Assembly: GCF_006345805.1 (NCBI RefSeq)
Contig: NC_043013.1
Location: 38,316,001 to 38,380,000, forward strand
Source: Octopus sinensis
Taxonomy: Eukaryota
Reading direction: 5' to 3'
DNA: 64,000 nucleotides
The notes below the pieces were generated by a model. It was given only the letters and a program-made list of their open reading frames with translations, did not search any database and had not been told where the DNA came from. Position 1 is the stretch's first letter; each line of letters begins with the position of its first letter. This document shows positions 39,480-53,175 of the stretch, one piece after another. A program made the position numbers and the translations under genes.

Positions 39480-39862
39480 AGGAGCACTCCGTCGGTTGCG
39501 ACGATGAGGGTCCCAGCTGATACGATCAACAGAACAGCTTGCTCGTGAAATTAACGTGCAAGTGGCTGAGCACTCCACAGACACGTGTACCCTTAACGTA
39601 GTTCTCGAGGAGATTCAGCGTGACACAGAGTGTGACAAGGCTGGTCCTTTGAAATACAGGTACAACAGAAACAGGAAGAAAGAGCGAGAGAAAGTTGTGG
39701 TGAAAGAGTACAACAGGGTTCACCACCACCCCCTGCCGGAGCCTCGTGGAGCTTTAGGTGTTTTCGCTCAATAAACACTCACAATGCCCGGTCTGGGAAT
39801 CGAAACCGCGATCCTCCGACCGCGAGTCCGCTGCCCTAACCACTGGGCCATTGCGCCTCCAC
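39480..39862 (-). mobile_element. SINE family C, full length
   Basis: Reverse-complement head GTGGAGGCGCAATGGCCCAGTGGTTAGGGCAGCGGACTCGCGG...GGTTTCGATTCCCAG; tail shared with family D. Resembles the tRNA-derived octopus SINEs, but the family name is not verified. Confidence 0.88.
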
Positions 39863-39889
39863 TTGTATATGTATACATACAAGTACATA

Positions 39890-40222
39890 CCTCAGTGTTT
39901 ACAGCATTGGACTCATACTCGTGAGGTAGTGAGTTCAATTCCAGGACCGGGCTGTGTATTGTAATCTTGAGCAAGACACTTTATTTCACGTTGCTCCAGT
40001 TCACTCAGATGTAGAAATTAGCTGCGACATCATGTGGTGCTAAGCTGTATCAGCATTTGCCTTTCCCTTGAATAACATCGGTGCCGTAGAGAGGGGAGGC
40101 TGGTACGCAGGGGTAACAGATGGTCTTCCATAAACAACAATTTTGACCGGACTTGTGCCGCTGAGGGGAACTTTCTAGGTGCAATCCCATTATCGTTCGT
40201 GACGGAAGGGGCATTTTGCCCT
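39890..40222 (+). mobile_element. CORE-like tRNA-derived SINE
   Basis: B box GAGTTCAATTCC then CTTGAGCAAGACACTTTATTTCAC; colinear with the split copy at 22430-23170. Confidence 0.8.
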
Positions 40223-40467
40223 GTTCATAATACTATGTTTTTGCTTTAAAATCCATATCCGTTCACACACATACAAGCATGAATGTGCGTATGCATGTGT
40301 ATGCATATGTATACGTATTTATATATGTTTATTCGTGTATGTGTGATCTAATTTGCATAAGCCTATTAGTTTCACGACCATTAAGAGATCATTACTGCAG
40401 TATTGTAAACATGTATATATAGAAACACATATTCACACAGGCACTTACGTATATAAACAACTAAACC

Positions 40468-40524
<57 letters not shown>

Positions 40525-41182
40525 TTTATGTATGTATGTATGTATGTGTATATATATATGTATGCATATATATATATATATGTATATATAAGACACACAT
40601 GCGCACACAGACTTATATGCATATATATATACACGCATACACACACACACATATATAGGTATATGTATGTAAGTGTACATGTATATATACATGCATGTGC
40701 ATGCGTATGCGTACACACATACATGCATACACACACTAGATATTTCAACAACGAGAGGGTGTAAACAGATTAGGTTTCCCACGGCAAGGAGGGCGGCTGT
40801 GGTCTTAGATCTTATGTTAACATCGTACCAGACTTGGGTTGTAACACTGAAGCAACACTTCCAACAGAGAGGGAAAGGAGTTCAGCGACTATCTCATTCG
40901 CTTAAGTTTGAGAACATACAAATAAAATCATCATTAGGAGAGCAAATAAAATAAAAAGCTGAAATTTAAGCTGACACAGATATTTCTCGCCAAGAACATT
41001 GGAAAATTCAGCTTAACACTTATTAGAACTAAATCGAAAAATAAAATGGCGGCGAGCTGGCAGAAACGTTAGCACGCCGGGCGAAATGCTTAGGGGTATT
41101 TCGTTTACCGAGGTCGACTTTGCCTTTCATCCTTTCGGAGTCGATTAAATAAGTACCAGTTACGCACTGGGTCGATATATCG

Positions 41183-41282
41183 NNNNNNNNNNNNNNNNNN
41201 NNNNNNNNNNNNNNNNNNNNNNNNNNNNNNNNNNNNNNNNNNNNNNNNNNNNNNNNNNNNNNNNNNNNNNNNNNNNNNNNNN
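41183..41282. other. assembly gap (100 N)
   Basis: Run of n. It follows a family A SINE at 41047-41182. Confidence 1.
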
Positions 41283-41664
41283 AAGGGGGGGGGTAACAAC
41301 TCAGAAATTATTCCGCTTTGATTCCGATTTCATTCATGAAGCATAGCCCTACCTCACGTCTGTACGCGACTATGTAGGAATTAACGACTCGTTAATTTAA
41401 AATACTGTATTGTGCATACACGAATTATTGAGGGAAAATGAATATGATTCCGTTAACTTCAAGACCTATAGCCAATTTTCTTATTCTTTTTTTCCACAAA
41501 GAAAGGGTTCATTTTCTCATATGTCTTAAAGCATTGGACTATAAGGACTAAAACTCACTTGATCATAAGTTTACTTGAACAAGTTTCAAGCTTCCTCACA
41601 AAAATATACATTGTTTGACGTTTGAAGTTTAATTATGAAGTAGCTCTTGCAAACACCAATATTC

Positions 41665-42017
41665 TTTTCTACTCTAGGGGGCAGGGGCAGTCGATTAGAC
41701 AGACCCCAGTATCCAACTGGTACTTAATTTATCGACTCCGAAATGATGAAAGGCAAAGTCGACCTCTGCGGAATTTGAACTCAGAACGTAAAGACAGACG
41801 AAATACCTGTTTCTTTAGAGGGACAAACAAGGACAGAGAGAGGGATTAAATCGATTACTTTGACCCCAGTGCGTAACTGGTACTTAATTTATCGACCCCG
41901 AAAGAATGAAAGGCAAAGTCGACCTCGGCGGAATTTGAACTCAGAACGTAACGGCAGACGAAATACGGCTACGCATTTCGTCCAGCGTGCTAACGCTTCT
42001 GCTAGCTCGCCGCCTTT
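41665..42017 (-). mobile_element. tandem family A SINE dimer
   Basis: Two consensus units joined at GACGAAATACCTGTTTCTTT. Confidence 0.85.
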
Positions 42018-43512
42018 GCAAATACCAATATTATAGCAAAACCTGATGCATGTGTAAATTGTTTCTTTGTCACCTTATTAAAAAAGTATATATTCATAGG
42101 TTGATACATATATGAATGCATATATATAGGTTCACAAAACGTATAAATGCACACAAACATATATGTAAGTCCACTTTACATAGATTAATATATGCATTCA
42201 TACGTGCATAAAAGCATATTGCATACAGATGGGTACTTAAGAGTGTGATTAAGAAAACCGATTCCTGAACATATTGCTCCCATTCACAGCATAATATGCT
42301 AGTGCAACGAATACGTTGTGGGTACAATTTGTGACTCAGGAACTAAGTGAAGGTATGAATGCGTGAATGAGAGAGTGAGCGGTGAGATAGTGTATGTTTG
42401 TGTATCAGAGAAAGATTGTGTGCGTGAGAGAAATAGACAAATAGAGTATAAGAATCTATGAGATAAAGTGTGTGAGTGTGTGCGAGTGTTTGTGAGTGTG
42501 TGTGAGAGAGAAAGAGAGAGAAAGATAGAGAGAGAAGGAGTGAGTGTGTGTATGTATTTGCATGAGTTTATACACTACGTAATATATACAAATGTGTTAC
42601 TTAAGTTTCATGGTACAGCAGCGATTCCCGTTATATTATTCACTCACACATTATAGGCATGCACGCACTCACAAACACACACACACTGTATCTTACATAT
42701 GCAAACACCTAATATGTATTTACCTGTTTGTATTTATGTTTACCTGTGTGAACTGGTGAGTCCAGTCGTGACATTTTATCAACCGTAAATTAGCAATTTA
42801 ATAAAGAGAGATCGATAAAATAAGTATCAGATAGAAATCAGTTCTGGGTCCAACGTCGAATTACTAAATCCAGGAACAGAATGAAATAGTGAAAAAAACA
42901 AACAAAAAAAAAATAATATATACACGCGCACATCCATATATACAAAAACATGTACATACACAAAAACGTACATACATAACCACGTACATAAGTTCGTACC
43001 TACCTACATATATACATTAAAGCAATGTGTACATATAGAGACGCAGCAATCTGGTTAGATGATTTGCAACTATTTGTGAAGGAGCGGTGGAAATATATGA
43101 AAATTAAATATGAATTTTTCTTTGTTACGACACGTTTTTTATTATTATTTTTTTTTTTTTGCCTTCACTATGGCAGATTCCAGGGGGACAAGTAAATTTG
43201 TTGATTATGTATTGAAGAACATAAAAATTCTAGATTCAACACGGAGTAAAAAAAAAAAAAAAACGATATATTAATGATGAAAAAAAAAACAAGAAAAGCT
43301 AATGTATATGTATATAGTCGTTTGGGCATATATGTAAAAGTTACGAAGTTGTTTATTCGTAGAGTATATATTTATGTATGTCCACGTGTGTTTCTTCATG
43401 TGTGTTTATGGCATATTTCTGAAAGCTAAAGTTGTCAATTCCATGTATCACTAGCACCATACACTCACGTAACATATATAATATATATATATATATATGG
43501 ATATATATATAT

Positions 43513-43561
<49 letters not shown>

Positions 43562-43595
43562 CTATATGGGTATATATGTTGTATTATATATATAT

Positions 43596-43632
<37 letters not shown>

Positions 43633-43794
43633 AATATGTTTGTGATAGATATGTATTTAGACACATAAACACTCACACACACATAAAAACATGTATTTAT
43701 AAACCTGATGATTGTTTTTTCAATATGCTTATGCAAGTACATTAATACATATATAAACATATACATGCATACCCACACACACACACACACACAC

Positions 43795-43832
<38 letters not shown>

Positions 43833-44105
43833 CGCACACACATATATGCAGTTGCTGATGTACATACATAATAACACTAATATACATTCTAAAACACTCA
43901 CACGGGAATACATAACACGAACATAGATTACAGAAAAAAACCCAGAAAAATATAAAACAAAGTAAAACACATGCATATAAATTTTCATACGTATACAAAT
44001 GCATTACATATAAAAATAACATACATAGATACATATAAGTATGTGTATGTATCTACAGTCATATATAATGATATATATATATATACTATATATATATATA
44101 CATAT

Positions 44106-44147
<42 letters not shown>

Positions 44148-44583
44148 GTGTGTTGTGTGTGTGGGTGGTGTGTGTGTGTGTTGTATAGTGATGTATTATC
44201 CCGTATTTACAGATTACCATGTTGGCGTATCAGGTATTTGTTACTCCATTCTTTTAGAATTATAACGCGTACATTGTCAGATTTCCTTTTTACATTCACA
44301 ATATATTTATTTATAGAGTTTACATTCAGGGGAGATATTCTCTTAAATATTTATATGTATCACCATACATTCATCCGTGTATACATACGTACGTACGTAC
44401 CTACCAACCTATCTACCTACCTACCTACCTACATAGATGCATACATACGAATATACATATACATATATATATACGCATATATATGTATATATATATATAT
44501 ACATACATACACACCTATGTTTGTATATATATATATGTCTATATACATATATATATATATATATATACATATATATGTATATA

Positions 44584-44614
<31 letters not shown>

Positions 44615-44647
44615 GTAGATATATATATATACATATATGTATATGTG

Positions 44648-44686
<39 letters not shown>

Positions 44687-44875
44687 ATGTGTGTAGATTC
44701 GCACGCACTCAGGCAACCAGACCTATACACACACATACACAAGCATGTATGTATATAATCATTTTCCTTTTCTCGAATGCATTGTTAGATATACTTTCAC
44801 ATATAAATTATCGAGATGAGTCTTTACATACATTTATATATATATATATACATATACATGTGTGTATGTATACAT

Positions 44876-44907
<32 letters not shown>

Positions 44908-45110
44908 CTATATCAGCATACAAATGTATATACACACATCATGTATAGGTACATATATATTTAGACTCGTATTCAAGCATATACAATATGATACAGAAAC
45001 GTGTGCACACATTCTGTTGCACAAATCTGCATTGTATGTACAAAGATCTATATTTACTATAACAGGCTCAAAAACATACATGCACATAATGTTTGTGTAT
45101 TTATAATATG

Positions 45111-45184
<74 letters not shown>

Positions 45185-45906
45185 GTATATATATATATAT
45201 ATTATATATATATATATATATATATTCATTTATATAAATGTTTGTACATATATACACACGCACACGCGTACAACACACACATACACACGCACATGTATAT
45301 GTGTGCAGATGAAGCCTATAGCGGTCTCTATATACCATTATGTGCAAAACAAACGCATACTAAAACAGAAGTATTTTACATCATAGAAGACACTCTTCTT
45401 AGAAATACACATATACACGCATATAGTAGGGCATGCTTAAATATACATGAATACACGTGTGAGTGTGTGCCTGCGTGAGTTCGTGTGTATACTTGCACCT
45501 GTACATAAAGGTCCGTGGCAATGTATCTAGAGTACTCAACACTCAATCATATGGTGTTGATTTCAGTTTTAGAATCGAGCTCTCTGTTGCTACATTCAGA
45601 ATGCGTATTAATTCATTGTGGTCTAGTCGATGTGGTATTGCCATCGGCCTCTACACCTGTAACATGCTCCCTCTTCTCCTGCACGGAGAATGAGAGATTC
45701 AAAAAGCGTTATTCTGTCAGTAACTACATATATATACTGAAGCCAATTTGCGAAAAGGGCAAGAATCTATCAGGCAAAGTCCTTGTATAAATGTCAGGGT
45801 CATATATATATATACATACACACACGTACACACACACATATATATATCTATATATATCTATATATCTATATATATATTATATATATATATATTATAATAT
45901 ATTATA

Positions 45907-45937
<31 letters not shown>

Positions 45938-46015
45938 ATACATATATATATTATATATATACATATATATACATATATATATATATACATATATGTATAT
46001 ATATATATATATACA

Positions 46016-46066
<51 letters not shown>

Positions 46067-47076
46067 GTAGAAGGTTGAAAAGGAACACACGAGTTGTATA
46101 TATATATCTATCTATCTATCTATTTATATATATATGTGTGTGTGTGTGCATGTATGTGTGTGTGTGTGTATGTATCTGTGTGTGTAGAAGCTTGAAAAGG
46201 AACACACGAGTTTATATATATGGAAAAAATTCAAGATAGAAAATGCTAAAATAATTTTCTAAAAAACATTTTTGTACCAGTTTCATTCATTGAGACTTTT
46301 TCTACTGTAAGTATGGAAGACAAATTTTGGAAAAATTAAAAGAAAAGATTTTTTAAATGAATATTTGCATAGTGTTCAATTCAAGTGGCATTTTCCTTGT
46401 TTCTGCCTGTCTCTGTCTTTCTTGTTTACTCTTGTAAATGTTTTTTATAAAATTATTTTATCATTTTCTATCTTGAAAACACATACCTCCCAACCCATCA
46501 CAACCATACACTCCACAGCCACAAGCCCTCACTCATAGGTAAATTCACAGAGAAAAATGCAGTCGAATATTTTAAATCTGTTAAGTAACATGCATGAAAC
46601 GTTTGACACTTGAGTCACCTTACAAAGTTTTCTTTCGATTTAGAAATATGTCACACATGTATATACATGTATATATGCATATATGCAAATGTATATGAAA
46701 GCACAAACATACACCCACACTTACACATACACACACTCCATACCATAAAAACAAAAAAAAAATAATAACACTTCTTACATTAATATCTATTCACACGAGG
46801 CGAACCCGTTTCATCAAATTATATTTTCATTGGTGTACTAAAAGACAGAGCAACAGAATAAAATGGTGGAATAAGAAATACAAAGATAGTACTATCAAAT
46901 CGCTTTAACAAGTACTAAGCATTAATAAACAAATGCACATGAAAGCATATAATATAGAACCAAACAATGAAGCTCGTATATGTTCTTACAGAAAGCTGAC
47001 GTTGATAGAGTTTGGCTGATCTATAACGAATTTAAGCGTCAAAACGAACTGTCGGTTAAATTTAGTGTGCCTGTGA

Positions 47077-47126
<50 letters not shown>

Positions 47127-47391
47127 GTTTTTGTTTTTGTTGTTGTTGTTGTGTTTTGATGATGATGATGTCGTTGTTGTTGTTGTTATTGTGTTGTAAT
47201 GTTGTTAATGTGATTCTTGTCATTGGAGGCTTGGGATTGTTTAGTAACTTTACTCAGCAACACTTGTTTTGGTGACGTTAATATTACCCATGCATATGTC
47301 TTTGTGTTTGCACGCGTTATGTGTGTCAGTAAGTATATATATATATACATATATATATATATAAATAATATCAATATCAATATATATATAT

Positions 47392-47441
<50 letters not shown>

Positions 47442-47861
47442 AGGCTTCCAAATAGGAAAGCGTTGTGCTAGAAAGAGCAGTAGAAATCTCAAAAACCACA
47501 AAAAAGGATATCTTTCTTTGTTCGGTTCTTATTGTATTTCTATATGAATAACATATAGTCTAATGACTAATTCGTTTTTTGTGCTAGGCCACTGGTAATA
47601 ATAATTTATTATTACCCTATTTATTATGTTTAAATATATATATATATATATATAAATAATATATTATATATATATAATATATATATATATATATTAATAT
47701 GTGTATTTTCGACATTATGTAAGCATACTTCCACATATACGCTGTCACAATCATATATAGCTATACGCGTACAAATATATATTCGTGTTATACATTCACT
47801 ATTGTTATTATTATTACTATTCTTCTTCTTCTTCTTCTTCTTCTTATTATTATTATTATTA

Positions 47862-47920
<59 letters not shown>

Positions 47921-48807
47921 GTTGTTGTTGTTGTTGTTATCGGTTCCGAATAACTTAAACTAATCGTCATGTTGCAACTGGGGCCAACACCAAATGAGAC
48001 ACACTGGTAATTACAAGAACCAAGATAACTCCTCAATGAAAATTACTATTAAGAAAAATTGTGAAACGTGATGGCAGCTGTGGTCAAGTTTTTTTTTTCT
48101 TCCCCTCAGCATACGTGACTAGGCCTGTAGTCTACTACAAATTGGCTTTTTAGATATAAACAAAGTAGAAAATCCTATTACTTAGAATATATCCGTATTA
48201 AAAATGAAAATTTGCTAAGAGCGACTACTCAGAAAATTGTGTGGCATGCTTTTGGACAACAAAAGTGACGAAATTTACATTAAATTCCATAGAATTTTCT
48301 TTAGTAGCATGTCAGTTTTGGAATATTATTGATTTTTGAGATTATTTTCCCTTCTAATTTGGATTCAGTTCCAATATTCACCAGACGATTGTTTTACTTT
48401 CTCTGGAATCTTAAGTAATTTCGATAAATCACGAATTTATATCGTATGGAATTTCATATGCCTTATTCACTAGTGTTATTTTAATACGTCACTGGTCACT
48501 CTTCTTAGATCATTTTCCTGGATACATAATTCCACAAACAAGTAACTCATTCCAGTAACTTCAAGAATCGTCTACGAGCATGAAACTATTAACTACAAGC
48601 CAACATGGTTTTATTCAATCCACTCCATAATACCTGATATTATGCATCTTTTAAAAATATAAAGTTTGGCACCAAATCTTTGGTGAATTGACGAAACGAT
48701 ATAGGTGTTTTTAACTTACACTTATAGTTATTTCAGTGATGAATTCAAATCTTCTCTGGATTGAATTCGTATTTCATATACTCGAATTCATTATATTATT
48801 TACAAGT

Positions 48808-48874
<67 letters not shown>

Positions 48875-49577
48875 CACGCTGGTGACGCTACATTAAGAAT
48901 TTATATTGACGTAATGAAAACTATTCAAAATCTTTCTCCAATATGCTTGTACAGGTGTTAATGCAAAAGTTGCATATGTAAACTATGTCTGCTTCGTAGA
49001 AGATAATGCAGAGAATTTTCAAAAATCCCATTACATTCAAATTTGAGATCACCTGGAGATTGATATCGCTTTTCAAATCCTTGTAAGTTTGTCTACGTCT
49101 TTCATATATCCTCCTTAAATAAGTAGCAGTAACATATGAGAGTGGCGTCAGTCAACTATAGTATTTTTTCCTCAAAAATCAATATCCAGACAGCAAGGCT
49201 CTGAAATAGACGGAAACAGAAGAATATCGCATTTAGAAAATTCGTCTGAATCTCTTTCGTATCTAAAGTTGCTGAAATGAAATCCACTCACCGAGCACTT
49301 CTTTCTTTCTTGGTGGGACATCATTTTAAAGATTGAAGAAGTATTAAGTAGATAACAACTTTTATTTATTTATTTCTGTAAACACGGATATAAATTAATT
49401 CTAGAAAATATCTTGGATTCGCTCATTAACAATTTTGATGTTTTGATTGAAATTAAAGTATAAATTACGCACAACTCATTAATGTTTTACAATCCGCGGT
49501 TATTTCTTGAAGGGTATAAAGGGGTAGTCAAACGAAGGACTACGCGTGCATTTAAAGTCTATAGTTTCAGATATATA

Positions 49578-50155
49578 GGCGGCTAACTGAGATGTTAGCA
49601 CGCCGGGCGAAATGCTTAGCAGTATTTCGTCTGTCTTTACGTTCTGGTTTCAAATTCCGCCGAGGTTAACTTTGCCTTTCATCCTTTTGGGGTCACCAGT
49701 TACGCACTGGGGTCGATCTAATCGAATTAACTCTTTTGTCTGTCCTTGTTTGTCCCGTCTATGTTAAGTCCTTGTGGGCAATAAAGAAATACGATATATT
49801 ACTACGGCTAGCTAACAGTTATTCTCTTTACATATATCTACTTTATTCAATGGCGAAGGAGCGTGGCTTAGTGGTTAGAGGTTATTCGGCTCACGTCGTA
49901 AGGTTGTGAGTTCAATTCCCTGCGACGCGTTGTGTCCTTGCACGTTGCTCCAGTTCATTCAGCTGGTAAAAATAAATAGCACCTTTATTGCAAATATCAC
50001 ACTCTGTGTCACGCTGAATCTCCCTGAGAACCAGGTTAAGGGTACACGTGTCTGAGGAAGGTCAACTACATGCACGTTGATTTCACGAGCAGGCTGTTCC
50101 GTTAATCGGATCAACTGGATACATTGTTGTCGTAACCGATACAGAATGCCAGTTA
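49578..50155 (+). mobile_element. family A SINE (49578-49790) and family D SINE (49853-50155)
   Basis: Consensus matches. Family D shows A box TGGCTTAGTGG and B box GAGTTCAATTCC. Confidence 0.82.
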
Positions 50156-50351
50156 TATACTTTATTCAATGTGTTCTTTTTGTTTCAAGATTGTAATGTG
50201 TAATACGTTCAGAATTAGTTGCTGTTTCTTCTAGTGTATCTAGTGACAACGTAGACGCTGTCTTCTTGAGACATATTCTAGCGGTGGAATAATTGAATTT
50301 GGGTAACTTCTGGGTTGCTCATTTCAAGACTATTACCATCTACCTGCATAC

Positions 50352-50869
50352 TCTGAAAATTCAGAAAAATTGTAATACATGCGTATAATAAGGCATGACC
50401 ACTAAGTGGACATCCAATATGCTAGAAGAAGATCATCTACGATCTAACTACAAAGAAAAGAATGTTCTCTAGAGAAATTCAGCAAACACCAGAACAAAAG
50501 CGGGTAAGACACGAAAATATGCAAAATATACAATCAATCGCAGACCGGTCTCGCCATTAGCGATATTTACTTACGCAATTCACGTCCGAGGAACTCTTCG
50601 GTAATATCTTTCCAATTCAATATAATTTATAGAACTATAAACGAGTTGTCCTCATAAAATTAGATGTGTGTATAGTTCTACCGTTTATATTGGGGTTATT
50701 TTCAAATGTCTAAGTTCTGGCGCGCTAAATCCCGGAAACTGTTCCGCAGTAGATAATCGTGACCGGTCTGCGATTGGTTCTGTATTTTGTATATTTTCGT
50801 GTCTTACCCGCTTTCGTTTTGGTCATCCCTTATTATACTCATGTATTACAATTTTTCTGAATTTTCAGA
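50352..50869. mobile_element. fold-back/MITE-like element with ~110-bp inverted arms
   Basis: 50352-50400 pairs with 50821-50869 (2 mismatches in 49 bp) and 50488-50550 pairs with 50761-50823. The left arm is interrupted by about 87 bp. Confidence 0.8.
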
Positions 50870-51043
50870 TTTTTCTATATGCTAGGCTATTGATGTTAAT
50901 TAAATATTCAATTTATCACCCTCATTATTTAAATTTTAAATAATTATGTTCTCTAACCGGCAACATTAACTGCAGTAATTTATCTACTGCGGAACTACTA
51001 ATATTGAACTCTAGTATTTCCTTCTATTTAAAAATCTCATATC

Positions 51044-51091
51044 GTCTCTGATGAAGGTATATCCATAATATCCCAGGAACTGCAGTAAGAC
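51044..51091 (+). ncRNA. degenerate minimal hammerhead (same family as 29147)
   Basis: GUCU CUGAUGA AGGUAUAU-CCAUA-AUAUCCCA GGAAC UGCA GUA AGAC. GAAA is mutated to GGAA; the palindrome is ACUGCAGU. Confidence 0.65.
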
Positions 51092-51297
51092 TAACCTTCT
51101 CTTCGTAAATGTCCCGAAAATTCCACACAGCCTTGGCTTTGTTGTCTCATTTTATTTAACACACACACACACATACACACCCGTATATATATACAGTAAT
51201 AATAACAATAATTCTTGGATGGAATCTATAAACATTTAATACATCGCGTTTAAACACAAGCCCACAAACAGATAAATATATATATGTATATAACATA

Positions 51298-51346
<49 letters not shown>

Positions 51347-51363
51347 TATACATACATACATAC

Positions 51364-51394
<31 letters not shown>

Positions 51395-51856
51395 TTATAT
51401 ATATTCATCAACTCTATACAAACCATGTATGTGTGGGAATGTGGTACCGTCCCTCACCCACGTATTGACTTCCTAAGATTTCCCTTTGCATTGTACCCGC
51501 ATTCAAATCTGTCGTACTTTTAAGGATCTCAGCTTTTGTTAAAAAATTTCTACGTTATTTCAAATAATTTTCCATTGGCTGTTCTCCATTCTTTGCAATG
51601 GAAAGAATCCTTGCCAGAAACTTGTTTTCATTCTAAATATTTACAAAAACCATGTATTTCTCTTTTCGTATCTATTTTAAAAAAATATTATAACTTAATT
51701 TCAGCATTTATTTCCTCAATATCTAGAGAAATTTACTTCGAAATTTCCCTCCTCATCGGTTCAAACTGTTCAAGAGAATTAATTGCATTATATAAAAGTT
51801 GATAAGAGTAGACATAAGCAGAAAAGAAAAACTATTTCAAAATTATTACCTCTTCC

Positions 51857-51896
<40 letters not shown>

Positions 51897-52072
51897 CAAA
51901 CACACATGTGTGAGCACGTGGATATATTATATATATATATAGATATAGTTATATATGTATATATATATATATTATATATATATTATATATATATAATACA
52001 TATCGACACATACATGCCACTTTTTGAAAATATTTTAAAGTATACAGATACACATATATATGTATATATATA

Positions 52073-52142
<70 letters not shown>

Positions 52143-52191
52143 AATGCATATGTACATATAAATATATGTATGTATATTCCATTTTTTGAAG

Positions 52192-53175
52192 ATGTTTGTT
52201 AAAGTAGACGAAAATGGATAAAAAAATATTTGGAAGATTTTCTAAAATCAGATAAGAGTGCATAAAAGATTAATACTTTTTTTATTTGTAGATGCAAAAA
52301 AAAAAATGTATGTTCAATGTAAAAAGCATTTGAAAAATATTTGAGAAATATTTGTAACGATTGGTACATTTCACAGTTCATTTCAAATCAGATAAAAAGT
52401 TAGATTTACCAAGAGATTTCACAGAGTGATTCTGAAGCAGTACCATATAGATTTTCACTTGTAAGATTTCCATTTCATGATAAACTTTCCTTTAGTCTAA
52501 ATACTGTTGTGTGAAATACACGAGATTTATACTCCAACTGTATTTGTAGATGAGATTCGTGGCTCATCTACATGCAATTTAGTCTGTAATTCTTGTGGCT
52601 AACATCTTGAAACGACCACCGGCATCTATATATGACGAATTTCAGTTCATTTCATTGTCATTTTGGCTAGATGTATTTACGTAACATACCCTTTTTGCTT
52701 TACAGTTTTCCTTATTCCATGCAAAAGAGAAGAGCCTTACTGGAAAGTTTTGTTTTGTCTTTTCGTTCTTTGTAAAATAACAAAAAGATATCTTTCTCAA
52801 TTTTCAAAACTTTAATTTAATTTCCCCATTTATTTGATTTATCTGCGTGTTTGCAGATATCTGAGAGTATTTCCTCACTGGAGGCTGTAAGTGATTTCGG
52901 CGCAAAACGAATCAGTTGCGGGGTAGATTTCAATACGATACGTTGGTGGTTTCTATTATGGTGGCGCGTGCTGAAGAAGCTAAGGCGATTTTTTTGCCAG
53001 TGCAGAAACTGGTCTACATGAGTCCAAATACTTAAAGGTAAGATTTCATTAGCCTGATTTGCTTTCGTTTTATGTCTGTGGTTATCATCAGTGAATTTTT
53101 GGCGATTAAAGTAATAGTTTTGACTGTTATTTCCAGCATGTAGACATACGTAGTATATCCTTTGATATATATATA
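52192..53175 (+). pseudogene. decayed spliced gene, plus-strand half, RGS-domain-like
   Basis: Exons ~52192-52460, 52550-52680, 52857-52886, 53001-53037 and 53137-~53175 are separated by GT-AG introns of 89, 176, 114 and 99 bp with consistent phases (0,2,2,0): KYLEDFLKSDKSA*KINTFFIC...KAFEKYL...PYRFSL|MRFVAHL...ANILKRPPASIYDEFQFISLSFWLDVFT|YLRVFPHWRL|AETGLHESKYLK|HVDIRSISFD. Contains in-frame stops and ends at a mariner insertion. Confidence 0.6.

Larger units (their letters stand above)
48720..51810 (-). pseudogene. decayed spliced gene, minus-strand half, RGS-domain-like
   Basis: Candidate exons 51458-~51810 (donor GTGAGG), 49292-49375 (TTTTACAG / GTGAGT), 49200-~48880 (TTTCAG) and 48720-48755 (TCCAG / GTAAGT). 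The first three join in phase 2 to give ...IHGFCKYLE*K...KLFEIT*KFFN... / ...LQSLK*CPTKKERSAR|ALLSGY*FLRKKYYS*LTPLS...SILEKDF. Many in-frame stops. Confidence 0.5.

Noticed and set aside
39780-39862. tRNA-like sequences with A and B boxes
   Set aside because: They are SINE heads continuing into SINE bodies; no complete cloverleaf or terminator.
49100-49375. Alternative genetic code (TGA=Trp) or NUMT explanation for in-frame TGA codons
   Set aside because: TAA and TAG stops also interrupt the frame and spliceosomal introns are present; ordinary pseudogene decay is simpler.
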